A stretch of DNA of 64,000 bases from Lentisphaeria bacterium. Its GTDB lineage: Bacteria; Verrucomicrobiota; Lentisphaeria; JABSQK01; JAWLHB01. This document shows, piece after piece, positions 19,319 through 28,701 of the stretch. Where the stretch lies: the NCBI GenBank assembly GCA_041690595.1, contig JAWLHB010000005.1, positions 62,001 to 126,000 on the forward strand, given 5' to 3'. The notes below the pieces were generated by a model. It was not told the origin of the DNA, made no database searches, and was given only the letters and a program-made list of their open reading frames with translations. Within the stretch, counting starts at the first letter, position 1. Each line of letters opens with the position of its first letter. The position numbers and the translations under genes were made by a program.

Positions 19319-19351
19319 CATTTCTTTCACCACACCCCGGCAAACTGGCGG
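19319..19351 (-). promoter_or_regulatory. Conserved motif CCGCCA-N14-GGTGAAAGAAATG, copy 2 (methylase/terminase operon)
   Basis: Exact match of both boxes and spacing to copy 1. Confidence 0.75.
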
Positions 19352-19927
19352 GAGCGGACGTCTCCGATTCCTTCGGACACGGAAAACAAACTGTGCTCTA
19401 CAAGGCGACTGGTTCCCGCGCGGAGCCGGGCCTGCTTCGCCCGGAAGTACCTATCGCCTCGGCCTGCTCCCTCCCTCCTGGCCGACCGCCCCGGGCCCCT
19501 GGCCGAAACCCCACACCTCGCGCACGTGATACGCGCTCAGCGGCGTGAGGGGGTGGGCGTGTGGAGTTGTGGAGTTATGGGGTAGAAGATGTGTATCTCT
19601 CTATTATATTGTGATTTGCAGCTCGAAATAACTCCACATTAACTCCGCAGAACTCATCACGGAGCTGGCCCGAGTCGCGGAGTTTTCGGCGAAAATTGCC
19701 GTGGCGAGCGGCCGAACCCCACAGATGTGGACCGTTTGTGGAGTTTTCTGTGGGGTTTCTTAAGGGCTTGATCAGTGCCACACGCGCATGCGGTCTTGAA
19801 GTTCTGATGCCATGGCTTAGCTTAAACTTGCCGCTCGGACACCCGCATTGGCGGAGCTTTTACTTTTAGCGGATTAACACTGACGCGCACGCACTGTGTC
19901 CGTCTGTTTTTCACGAAGGAGGAGCTG

Positions 19928-21106
19928 ATGCTCAAAGTCTACCTCGATCAGAGCGCAGCCAGCCGTCTCATCGACAAAGGCTCAATCGCGCGTTCTGACC
20001 TCTACAACGGACTTCTCGATCTGCAATCACAAACGAAGATCGAGGTCTGGGCGAGTCCCCACAACGCCGTCGAGTTAGCCATTTGGTCAGACCGTCCGCG
20101 CAGACAAGCGGTCAGCCTCGCTCTTGAAGAATTGACAGAAGGCAGGAGGATGCTCGCGAGTCACGAGTTCATTCTCCTTTACGAGGCACTTGGGTTGATC
20201 AATGTGGCATGGCCGGGTGCCAGCGTTCGCTTCGAGAAGTTCCAGAGCTTGGCGCAGGACAACCAAAGGCTCTACTCAGGCCTCGTCGCCCATATGGCTG
20301 CGCTGCAAGAATACGACACCAGTAGAGGAGCATGCGAAATCATTCGGACGAAACGACTGAGCCAGCTTCGACAGCTTCGTTTGCTCGTCTCGGCAAAGGA
20401 CTGCTTGGAGCTGCTTATTAACAACCCCCAACTGACAGCACAGACGGAACCTGCCTTTGACGCCTGCCACGAGAATCTCCCCATTGAGGATATCGACCAG
20501 GAAATCGATACGTGTCGCACAAAGCTCAAGCAAGTCGGAAAGCAGAAGAACATCGCTCAGAAGCTGGAGAAGAACCGCGCCCAAGTTGTGCAGCGCTTCA
20601 TGGGATCCATTGCTATCCCGGCGATTGGCGTGGCAATTGGTGGGTTCCACAACCTCCTTGAGTTGTGGGACTACTCGGCACTTGTAACAGAATGGGATTC
20701 CCCAGAAGAGGGGATCGGGAGCCACATGGACTGCACGGCACTTCCGGACGATCTGGCGGGCCGCTTCTCGTCATCGTCGGCAAAGCCGGACGACTACTGG
20801 GCGCTAGCAAACCTGACACTCCAACGCATTGTGCCTTTGCAGTGGATGCCCTCGATCATGCTTGATTTCCTGTCGCGAGAAATGGAGAAGGCCTTCAAGA
20901 CTGCGACTGAACCCACCGAGGGATTGACTATCGATGTGGATCACATCTCCGGGCTGTTCTACTGCGATGTGCTTCTGACCTACGACAACAAGCTCAAGGC
21001 GTGCGTCGATACCTGGTTGCGTAACAACAGCCCGCGATACGGCTTACCGGATCGGCACTGCGTCGGTAGTTTGGCTGCCTTGATGAGGCTGGCAGGGAAT
21101 GCATGA
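19928..21106 (+). CDS. PIN-like domain protein; moron
   Basis: KVYLDQS at N-terminus and DVDH...YCDVLLTYD at C-terminus; GAAGGAGG RBS; opposite strand, more AT-rich. Confidence 0.6.
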   Translation: MLKVYLDQSAASRLIDKGSIARSDLYNGLLDLQSQTKIEVWASPHNAVELAIWSDRPRRQAVSLALEELTEGRRMLASHEFILLYEALGLINVAWPGASVRFEKFQSLAQDNQRLYSGLVAHMAALQEYDTSRGACEIIRTKRLSQLRQLRLLVSAKDCLELLINNPQLTAQTEPAFDACHENLPIEDIDQEIDTCRTKLKQVGKQKNIAQKLEKNRAQVVQRFMGSIAIPAIGVAIGGFHNLLELWDYSALVTEWDSPEEGIGSHMDCTALPDDLAGRFSSSSAKPDDYWALANLTLQRIVPLQWMPSIMLDFLSREMEKAFKTATEPTEGLTIDVDHISGLFYCDVLLTYDNKLKACVDTWLRNNSPRYGLPDRHCVGSLAALMRLAGNA

Positions 21107-21147
21107 GACCTGCATTACTGGCCCATCAGATCACATTTTGAACGTGC

Positions 21148-23790
21148 CTATCGCCGCATGCGGTACTGGGGTTTCATCGGCCCGCGTTGCGGCATCTGAA
21201 CCTCGATCAGATCTTGGGCCACGAGCGACTCGCGTACTTCCTCGATCTTCTTCTCCGGCCATCGCAGCCGTCGGCTCAAGTCCCAGTGGGACATGAACTC
21301 GCCGGGCTTCCGGTTGGCCCACCGCGAGAGAATCTCGATGACCTTCTTGCAGTCGGCCTCGAACTCGCTGTCCGCCACGTAGAGGTCGGCCATGTAGAGC
21401 ATGCGCTTCGTCTGGTGCTCGACCATCGCCCACGCCCAGTCGATCCCGGCGACGGTGATCTGCGGATTCTGGTGGTTCTCGCTGCAGGCGTAGAGCAGCG
21501 CCAGCTTGCGGACCTTCTCGTAGGCGCGTGCCCAGATCGCCATCTTGGTCTCGTCGCCCTGGCGCTGGGCCTCCTCGTAGGCGTCGTCGGTCAGCGCCCA
21601 GATCGCTTCGCTCCTGGTCGTGGCATCGGGTGTGTCCGGGATGGTCGCCGGTTCCGGATGGAAGCCGGACAGGTTGCCGCTGTGAACGCCGCCGGGATTG
21701 TAGTTCACCCACCAGGAAGCGATGTCGATGATCGGCTGTGGAACGGGCGTGGCCACGGGCATGCGGCCGCGACTGCGCGGTCCGGCATCGAGGACCAGCG
21801 TCCGGGCAAAGAGCCCGTTGTTGAGCATGCGCCCGCTCAGGGCTTTGTAGAAGTACTGTGGGACCGCCGTCCCGAAGAGCGTAAGCGACGGTTGCTGGAT
21901 GACCAGCGGCTCGGTCTGCCCAGCCTTCTTGCGGAGCGGATAGCGGGTGCGCGACGATCCGTACATCTTCAGCAGGATCTGCATGATCATCTCGTTGCGG
22001 CCGTCCCTGGCGCGGTTGATACTGCCGAGGATGGCGTCGATCTCGTCGGTCTGGAAGAGCATCGTCTGGTGCAGGAACATGGCGTCCTCGATGCCCTCGC
22101 CGGACGCGAAGGCGTCGCCGATCCCGCGCAGCGCCCCCGCCTGGTAGGCGATCTCGGAGTTGACCTGACGCGGATGGTCTTTGCCCACCCCGGAGTTGGC
22201 CAGCGCCACGATGTAGAGGTTGCTCCGGTTACTGAGCTGGTCCTGAACCCGGCGGGCGGCCAGATAGGATTGCAGGCAGAGCGCGCCGCAGAAGGCCAGC
22301 GTCGGGTTCGGGTACGGCGCGGTCGACAGGCAGTAGTCCATGACCTGAGCGATGAAGCCGGGGACATGCAAGAGAGTGTCCGGGAGCGGCCCCGGGTCGG
22401 CGGGGCGCTCGGAGATGTGTGCGTCATCGGCGGAGACCTCCGAACTGTCGGCACTGTCCGACCGAGAATCCCCACATGTCCGTTCGTTGGCCGACATGTT
22501 TGAATTGTCGGCATCATCGGCGGAGATGTCCGAGCTGTCGGCATTGTCCGACCGAGAATTACCACATGTCCGCCTGGTGCCCGACATCTCTGAATTGTCG
22601 GCGTCATCGGCGCGGTGTGCGCCGCACATCGCCATGATGCCGGAGATGTCCACGTCATCGGTCGGAGATTCCGCACCATAGCCGTTCTCGGCCAGAGATG
22701 CGGACGCGGCCGCATAGTCGCCGCCATGTTCGAGCATGGTGTAGACCGCAAACGGAGAATAGCCCGTGTTCGCCTCGAACGGCGCGGCGGCGGAGCTGAA
22801 CACGTAGAAGGTGCGCCCGTCGAAGGTGGCGGAATGGTTGCAGGTGGTCTTGCCGGGCCTGCGCCAGAGCTGGTTGCCGCCGGATTCGCCGATCCGCTGC
22901 CAGCCGTGGTTCTTCAGGAGCGGTCCGATCTCGCCCCGCTGGTTGAACTCGTCGCCAGGTCGGGTCGAACTGTTTCCATTCTGGAAAGCGTTGTCTCTCC
23001 CAGGCACGGGATTCGCCGAATGTTGGCCACAGGGCGCGGCGTGGCGTGTCTCGGGCCGAGGCGCGAGCGTGGCCGCCAGCGCCTCGAGCAACGCGACCGT
23101 GACGACCTGTGGCGATCCTGGCGCATCCATGATCTCCGATGGCCGGTGCGGGCGATCCTGCATGTCGTCGCCCTTGCGGTTCCAGGTGCCGGGCAGGCGG
23201 CAGATGCGCGACGGGTTCGCCACCGAGAGATCGATATGCACACGCTCGTCGGCGACCGGCTGCAGCGCCTGGATGCAGCGATGCACCAGGCCGCCGTCAT
23301 CGGCAGGCAGATCGACCCGATAGAGGAGGTAGTAGCCGTTCCCGGAATCGACCACGACCGGCGCTGGCCAGCCCATGGACGACAGTCCCTCACTGACCTC
23401 CATCGCCTTGTCGAACGCCAGTTCTTTCTCGGCATCCGTAGCGCTGATCCCCGCCGGGCGCGCCGGATCGATGTCGATCAGCAACCAGCGACGACAGACG
23501 ATGTCCGTGTCGCTGGTGGTCTCGTTGCGGCGCGCGGTCTTCAGCCGATTGGCCGACCGCGCCAGCAGGGCCGGATTCACCGGGTTCATGGTGATGTAGA
23601 CCCCCATTGCCGTGGTGATCTCGGCCAGAGTCTGCGGCACATCATCGATGTGCGCGTAGTCGAAATAGCCCGATTCGATGTGCGGACGACGGAAGCCCGG
23701 GCGCTCGGCATCGAGCACCCGGGTTTCGAACACATCGCCCGGCTGGTAGAGCAGCTTCAGAGCGGAGATGATTGCATCGCTGTTGTCCAT
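21148..23790 (-). CDS. Primase-polymerase fused to DUF3987 (YfjI-like) helicase domain
   Basis: LLIDIDP and DSGNGY prim-pol motifs; RICRLPGTWN; Walker A ANSGVGKD; QTDE. Confidence 0.82.
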   Translation of the reverse strand: MDNSDAIISALKLLYQPGDVFETRVLDAERPGFRRPHIESGYFDYAHIDDVPQTLAEITTAMGVYITMNPVNPALLARSANRLKTARRNETTSDTDIVCRRWLLIDIDPARPAGISATDAEKELAFDKAMEVSEGLSSMGWPAPVVVDSGNGYYLLYRVDLPADDGGLVHRCIQALQPVADERVHIDLSVANPSRICRLPGTWNRKGDDMQDRPHRPSEIMDAPGSPQVVTVALLEALAATLAPRPETRHAAPCGQHSANPVPGRDNAFQNGNSSTRPGDEFNQRGEIGPLLKNHGWQRIGESGGNQLWRRPGKTTCNHSATFDGRTFYVFSSAAAPFEANTGYSPFAVYTMLEHGGDYAAASASLAENGYGAESPTDDVDISGIMAMCGAHRADDADNSEMSGTRRTCGNSRSDNADSSDISADDADNSNMSANERTCGDSRSDSADSSEVSADDAHISERPADPGPLPDTLLHVPGFIAQVMDYCLSTAPYPNPTLAFCGALCLQSYLAARRVQDQLSNRSNLYIVALANSGVGKDHPRQVNSEIAYQAGALRGIGDAFASGEGIEDAMFLHQTMLFQTDEIDAILGSINRARDGRNEMIMQILLKMYGSSRTRYPLRKKAGQTEPLVIQQPSLTLFGTAVPQYFYKALSGRMLNNGLFARTLVLDAGPRSRGRMPVATPVPQPIIDIASWWVNYNPGGVHSGNLSGFHPEPATIPDTPDATTRSEAIWALTDDAYEEAQRQGDETKMAIWARAYEKVRKLALLYACSENHQNPQITVAGIDWAWAMVEHQTKRMLYMADLYVADSEFEADCKKVIEILSRWANRKPGEFMSHWDLSRRLRWPEKKIEEVRESLVAQDLIEVQMPQRGPMKPQYRMRR
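22422..22611 (-). repeat. ~90-bp in-frame tandem repeat (2 copies plus partial) in the primase linker
   Basis: ADDADNSEMSGTRRTCGNSRSDNADSSDIS / ADDADNSNMSANERTCGDSRSDSADSSEVS. Confidence 0.85.
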
Positions 23791-23803
23791 CGGCCGCCTT
23801 TGC

Positions 23804-25543
23804 TCAGAACGGGATATCGTCGTAATCGTCCCAGGCGACGGCTGGCGCGAGTCCGGGTTCTTCGTCGCGACAGTCGTTCCAGCCTGGCTCGGGGTAGTAT
23901 TCGGGCCTCTCTCCCATTTCGTAAGCAATGACCCGGTCGAATCGCTCCCCGGAAACGGCACGCACCGTGACCGTCCGGGTTTCCGCCAATGCGCCGTCTT
24001 CGGCCAGGCGAACTGCTTCAGCGGCGCTGGTCGGCGGTGGCATCATCGACCGTTCCGTCCACCACTGCACGAACTTCTGCCGGGCCCAGCCCGTGTGTTC
24101 GGGGCAGACCCACTCGCTGACGTAGTGCTGCCAGCCGGTGCGGTACTCGATGCGCATGGTCTTGGGATGGTCGTCATCCGCGCCGCGCTTGGTGTGGACG
24201 GAGTAGTAGACCGCGTGGACATCGTACTCGGTGTCGGTGATCTCGCCGGAGAGGATAGCCGATCCGTCCGCCTGCGCTTCATGGGGCTGCCGGTCCGGCG
24301 GTGGAAACTCCGCGCCGCACTCGGGACAGAGCTGGTAGGCCGCATGCACCAGCGCCCCGCACTCGGGACATTCCTTGGCGGGCGCTTCGCCGTCGCCGTT
24401 GCCCTGCGTGTTCACCTGCACCGCGTCAACCGGGCCGTGACGCATGACGTTGCCGCCGTAGTCCAGGACCAGGCAGTCGTCCTTGCCCGGATGCAGGCGG
24501 GTGCCGCGCCCGACCATCTGGACATAGAGCCCGGTGGACATGGTCGGCCGCAGCAGCACGACGCAGTCGACGTTGGTGGCATCGAATCCGGTGGTCAGGA
24601 CGTTGACGTTGGCCAGGAACTTGAGCGGCGGCTTCGGCTCGAAGAGCGTGTCCGGCACCGGCTCCCCCCGAAATTGGGCGATGGTCTCGGCGCGTTCAGC
24701 GGACGGGGTGTCCCCTGTGACAACGCCGCATTCCCGACCGGAGATGCGGGTAATCTCCGTTGCCACGTGCTGGCAGTGCGCCACGCTCGAGGTGAAGATC
24801 AGGACCGAGTTCCGATCACGGGTCAGTTCGACGATTTCCTGGCAGGCCGAACGCACCAGGTCGTCCTGGTCCATGGCCGCCTCCATCTCGCTGGCGACAA
24901 ACTCGCCGCCGCGAACATGCACACCGGAAAGGTCGGCCCGGGCGCGACCGCCGCGCGAACGGAGTCGGCACAGGTAGCCTTGCACGATCATCTCGCGGAT
25001 GCCTGCCTCGTAGCAGACCTGATTGAGGATGTTCTCGGGACGGCAGATTTCGCCGCCCTTGAGCCGGTACGGCGTCGCGGTCAGCCCGATCACGCGGACG
25101 TTGGGGTTCACCACCTGTGCCTCTTCGAGGAAGGTGCGGTATCGGCCCTCGCCGTCGACGGGGATCAGGTGCGCCTCGTCGACGATGATCAGATCGAACG
25201 GACCGAGTTCGCAGGCCCGGCGATAGACGGACTGAATGCCCGCCACGAGGACCGGCGTGTCGGTGTCGCGGCTGTTGAGACCGGCGGAGTAGATGCCGAT
25301 CTCGAGGTCCGGGCAGAGCCTGCGGATCTTGTCGGCATTCTGCTCGAGCAGTTCCTTGACGTGGGCCAGGATCAGCACCCGTCCGTTCCACACGGTCACG
25401 GTATCGGTGGCGATCTGTCCGAGCACCAAACTCTTACCCGTTCCGGTCGGCAACACGACGCAGGGGTTGTCGTCATGGTTCCGCAGGTGCTCATAGACCG
25501 CCGCCACCGCTTCCTCCTGGTAAGGTCGCAGTGTCATTCTCAT
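23804..25543 (-). CDS. SF2 DEAH helicase with zinc finger (RadD/YejH-like)
   Basis: LRPYQ, PTGTGKS, DEAH, TATP, QMVGRGTR, CPEC x2. Confidence 0.9.
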   Translation of the reverse strand: MRMTLRPYQEEAVAAVYEHLRNHDDNPCVVLPTGTGKSLVLGQIATDTVTVWNGRVLILAHVKELLEQNADKIRRLCPDLEIGIYSAGLNSRDTDTPVLVAGIQSVYRRACELGPFDLIIVDEAHLIPVDGEGRYRTFLEEAQVVNPNVRVIGLTATPYRLKGGEICRPENILNQVCYEAGIREMIVQGYLCRLRSRGGRARADLSGVHVRGGEFVASEMEAAMDQDDLVRSACQEIVELTRDRNSVLIFTSSVAHCQHVATEITRISGRECGVVTGDTPSAERAETIAQFRGEPVPDTLFEPKPPLKFLANVNVLTTGFDATNVDCVVLLRPTMSTGLYVQMVGRGTRLHPGKDDCLVLDYGGNVMRHGPVDAVQVNTQGNGDGEAPAKECPECGALVHAAYQLCPECGAEFPPPDRQPHEAQADGSAILSGEITDTEYDVHAVYYSVHTKRGADDDHPKTMRIEYRTGWQHYVSEWVCPEHTGWARQKFVQWWTERSMMPPPTSAAEAVRLAEDGALAETRTVTVRAVSGERFDRVIAYEMGERPEYYPEPGWNDCRDEEPGLAPAVAWDDYDDIPF

Positions 25544-25887
25544 TGTCGCCCGATCCTCACGACTGCTTTGCCGTCGGGCGGCAAGGGTTCACACATGCGG
25601 CAGGCGAAGTCCTTGATCTGCGAGTCGTCGCGGTACAGCCCGCCGTGCGCCAGCGCATCCCACAGCCCCTTCTGGGCGTTGTCGAGATCGCGGCGGCGAC
25701 GGTCCGGCGGATACAGCTCGAGGTCCATGGTCAGATGACCGTCCAATTCCGGGACGGACAGGGCGCGCAGAATGGCGCAGACCCGTTCGCGGTACCGGCG
25801 TCCCTGGCGGCTGATCAGCGTCCGGGGTCCGACACGGCGATAGTAGTGATTCACGCTCGGTGGATATGGCAGTTCGATTTGAAGCAT
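25540..25887 (-). CDS. rusA: RusA-family Holliday junction resolvase
   Basis: LPYPPSVNHYYR...PPDRRRRDLDN..K...DAL......DDSQI. Confidence 0.9.
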   Translation of the reverse strand: MLQIELPYPPSVNHYYRRVGPRTLISRQGRRYRERVCAILRALSVPELDGHLTMDLELYPPDRRRRDLDNAQKGLWDALAHGGLYRDDSQIKDFACRMCEPLPPDGKAVVRIGRQ

Positions 25888-25977
25888 CGAGGACGCCTCC
25901 GTGGGCAAAGAGGGGGAACGGGGCGCGGGCCAAGGAGCGAAACCCGGCATCCCCGCTCCCCCGGTGGGTTTTCGTTT

Positions 25978-26466
25978 CTACCGCTGCCAGGGCGGCGTGG
26001 ACTTGGTGGCCTGCGGCGCGGGCGCGGAAGGCGACGCGCCGGGCATCGGCACGGGCTTGGAGAAGGCGGCTTCCTTCTTCTCGTAGCCCTTGATCTCGTT
26101 GGTGATCTCGCCGGTGTCCTCGCGTTTCTTGCAGGCGACCTTGACCGACAGCGGCAGGTTGTGCAGCTCGCAGGAATCCTTGGGCTGCAGCACGCCGACC
26201 GCCCGGCAGATGGCGGAGAGTTCGCCACGGGCGATCTGCACCGCCTGCTGGTTCGGGTTGTCGAGGTTGAGCCGGGCCCAGAGCTTGCGCCCCTTGCACG
26301 GCCCATCGCCGATCTCGAAGGTGAGTTCGAGGTAGTGGCCGTTTCCGGCCTTGGTCGGCTTCATCTCCGATTCGGTGATGACGGCGACATACTTGCCTGC
26401 GGGTACCGGGTCGAAGGACGAGGCGGGGTCCACTTGGTTGGCATCGAATCCGTTCAGGTTGGCCAT
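25978..26466 (-). CDS. DUF669 single-stranded DNA-binding protein
   Basis: FDPVPAGKY...TKAGNGHYL...NEIKGY; Pro-rich tail ending PPW. Confidence 0.85.
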   Translation of the reverse strand: MANLNGFDANQVDPASSFDPVPAGKYVAVITESEMKPTKAGNGHYLELTFEIGDGPCKGRKLWARLNLDNPNQQAVQIARGELSAICRAVGVLQPKDSCELHNLPLSVKVACKKREDTGEITNEIKGYEKKEAAFSKPVPMPGASPSAPAPQATKSTPPWQR

Positions 26467-26468
26467 GA

Positions 26469-26651
26469 TTATTCTCCTTGGTTCTGGTTCAGTTCATCGA
26501 GTTCGAAGGTCTGCGGCAGGACGGTCACGGTCAGCTTGTAGGCTGTCCGGCGGCCGCCGCTGACGGCGAAGACGAAGCCGTCCTTGCGGGCTTCATCGAG
26601 CAGCGCTTTCAGGCGCGCCGCGTAGTCACGGGCTTTCTGGTCGTGGTTCAT
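26469..26651 (-). CDS. Hypothetical protein
   Basis: 60 aa MNHDQKARD...; ATGA overlap with upstream gene. Confidence 0.55.
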   Translation of the reverse strand: MNHDQKARDYAARLKALLDEARKDGFVFAVSGGRRTAYKLTVTVLPQTFELDELNQNQGE

Positions 26652-27385
26652 CGGGATTGCTCCTCTGTTTGCGGGAACTGGTGGGCAAGGCCGTCGACCA
26701 CCGCGCCGGTGAACGAGGACCAGTCGAAGGGGATGGTCTCGGGCATGCCGTAGCGGTTCTTGGCCAGAGCCCGGGGAGTCTCGCGGGTGACCAGGACGCG
26801 GTTGCCGTCGCCGTCCATGCGGGCGAGGCAGACGAAGTCCGACCACTCGACGAACACGTTCAGGTAGCCGTCCGGCAGTTCGGCAGTGGTCTTCTCCGTG
26901 GTGATGCCGTCCACGTCGGTGATCTCGCTGCGCTTGGCATGCGCCAGCAGGATCACGGCGATCCCGCGATTGACGATGCGGTCAAGCTGCGGCAGCAGGA
27001 CCTGGTAGACGTGGTTCTTCATCACCTGCTTGCCGTTCCCGTAGCCGCCGTGGGAGCGGTTCAGGGTTTGGTCGAGCTTTCCGGCGGAACCCGCGACCTG
27101 TTCTTCCACACGTCGCAGCAGCCAGTCGATGGAGTCGATCACCAGCGTCTGGTAGGGATGGTCCTCGCGTTCGATGGCCGTCAGCCATTGGCTGATCTCG
27201 GGCCAGGTCGAGAGGTACGGCGTGCGGTTGGATTGGATCGCGCCCGCGCCATTCTCGCAGTCGATGATCAGCGAGTCGGTCGCGGTCGCGCCGAAGGTCG
27301 TCTTGCCGATCCCCGGCGGACCGTAGACGATGCCCTTCGGGGCCGAGGGCGTGGGTTTGACGATGATGGTTTCGAGCAGAGACAT
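26648..27385 (-). CDS. AAA_24/Sak4-like ATPase (phage recombinase)
   Basis: YGPPGIGKTT, LVIDSIDW, GYGNG, LLAH, AKNR. Confidence 0.85.
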   Translation of the reverse strand: MSLLETIIVKPTPSAPKGIVYGPPGIGKTTFGATATDSLIIDCENGAGAIQSNRTPYLSTWPEISQWLTAIEREDHPYQTLVIDSIDWLLRRVEEQVAGSAGKLDQTLNRSHGGYGNGKQVMKNHVYQVLLPQLDRIVNRGIAVILLAHAKRSEITDVDGITTEKTTAELPDGYLNVFVEWSDFVCLARMDGDGNRVLVTRETPRALAKNRYGMPETIPFDWSSFTGAVVDGLAHQFPQTEEQSR

Positions 27386-27412
27386 GTGTGGTTTCTCCTT
27401 GTGGGTTGGGGT

Positions 27413-28210
27413 TTACACGCAGTCGAAAACGCGGACGGTTTCGTAGCCGGTCGGCCACGTCGATGTGGCCAGGCATTCCTTCAGCCGCTCGATGGCGGCG
27501 GCATTCTCGGCATCGGCAAAGTCCAGTGCGGACTCGGCAACCAGCCAGACGCCGACGCGGAACGGCTCCTTTTTCTCCACGGCCACGATGTGGACCGGGA
27601 AGTTGGTGCCCGAAGCAGCGCGCAGAACGGCGCGGTAGAAGGCCACCTGGTGCAGGTAGCTGTAGCGCCGGGCGTCCGCCTCGAACCAAGTCAAGTCGTC
27701 GCAGGTCTTGAGATCGACGATGCCATGGTCGGCATGGAAGTAGTCGGGACGGACCTGGCAGGGGATGCCGCAGTACTCGGCCCGGCAGACACCTTCGGCC
27801 ACGCCCCATTTCAGCAGTCCCGGTGCGACCGGGTGTGACTGGACCGCTTCCTGGAGCCGCTCGACAAACGCGGCATCTTCGTCGGTGAGCACAGCCTTGT
27901 TCTGAGCGTCGGCCCATTCCTGGAAGGCCTTGGTGGCCTTGCCGAACGGCATGCCGGTCCGGGGATTGATCGGGCCGCCGACCGCATACTCCGACTCGAA
28001 CGTCTCGCGACCTTCGAGGATCAGTGTGTGGGCGGCGCGGCCGAGGAGGTAGGCGGGAGTGTCCTTGTCCTCGATCAGCCCGAGTTGCTTGCGGTGAAAC
28101 AGCTCCGGGCATTTGCGGAAGTCGCCCAGACGATGGCTGCTCAGATAGCTGTGCGCCTGGGCGTGGTAGACGGCCGCATCTTCGGTGATCAGGAAGTCGG
28201 GGCGGATCAT
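27413..28210 (-). CDS. PD-(D/E)XK exonuclease (DUF3799/RecE-like)
   Basis: YH...LSS...GRAAH...RPD...IVDLKT...Y.HQ.AFY. Confidence 0.88.
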   Translation of the reverse strand: MIRPDFLITEDAAVYHAQAHSYLSSHRLGDFRKCPELFHRKQLGLIEDKDTPAYLLGRAAHTLILEGRETFESEYAVGGPINPRTGMPFGKATKAFQEWADAQNKAVLTDEDAAFVERLQEAVQSHPVAPGLLKWGVAEGVCRAEYCGIPCQVRPDYFHADHGIVDLKTCDDLTWFEADARRYSYLHQVAFYRAVLRAASGTNFPVHIVAVEKKEPFRVGVWLVAESALDFADAENAAAIERLKECLATSTWPTGYETVRVFDCV

Positions 28211-28602
28211 GCTTCCACCCCCTTCCCGCAGGCGGCGCAGGCACCGGCATCGCACCCGTTGCAGCGGCCATTGCCGCGACCGCCGGACGTCGGTTTGCCG
28301 TTGCCGGGGACCGGGCGCTCGGCGCGGTCGTCCTTCGAGATCAGCGTCACCTGGAAGGCGTCTTCGCCGAACTCATGGATCAGGAACTGGGTGAAGATCA
28401 GGACAAGCTGACGGGTGACCTCGTTGTCGCCGTCGATCACGCAGGCGTGCTTTTCGTCACCGAAGAGGTAGCGCATGGAAAGCCGTACTTCGGCCTGACC
28501 GTGCAGTGCCTCGGCGGCAATGATGGCCATGATCAGGGTCGCTTCCGCCTGATCCAGCGGCACCTCGTCCTCGAATTGGTATCGGTAGACAGTCTTACTC
28601 AT
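28207..28602 (-). CDS. Hypothetical phage protein
   Basis: MSKTVYRYQF...EALHG...EFGEDAFQV; GGAG RBS. Confidence 0.7.
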   Translation of the reverse strand: MSKTVYRYQFEDEVPLDQAEATLIMAIIAAEALHGQAEVRLSMRYLFGDEKHACVIDGDNEVTRQLVLIFTQFLIHEFGEDAFQVTLISKDDRAERPVPGNGKPTSGGRGNGRCNGCDAGACAACGKGVEA

Positions 28603-28649
28603 TTGTGGTCTCCATTGGTTGGGGTTCTCTGCGAAGCACCGGCGCTGTT

Positions 28650-28682
28650 CATTTCTTTCACCGCCGGGCATCCGATTGGCGG
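28650..28682 (-). promoter_or_regulatory. Conserved motif CCGCCA-N14-GGTGAAAGAAATG, copy 3 (replication operon)
   Basis: Immediately downstream of the sigma gene; matches copies 1-2. Confidence 0.75.
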
Positions 28683-28701
28683 GAATGACGGCTCGTTCCG
28701 C

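Noticed and set aside
19820..19856. Fifth copy of the sigma motif (CCGCCA on the minus strand)
   Set aside because: Lacks the GGTGAA box at the 14-nt spacing
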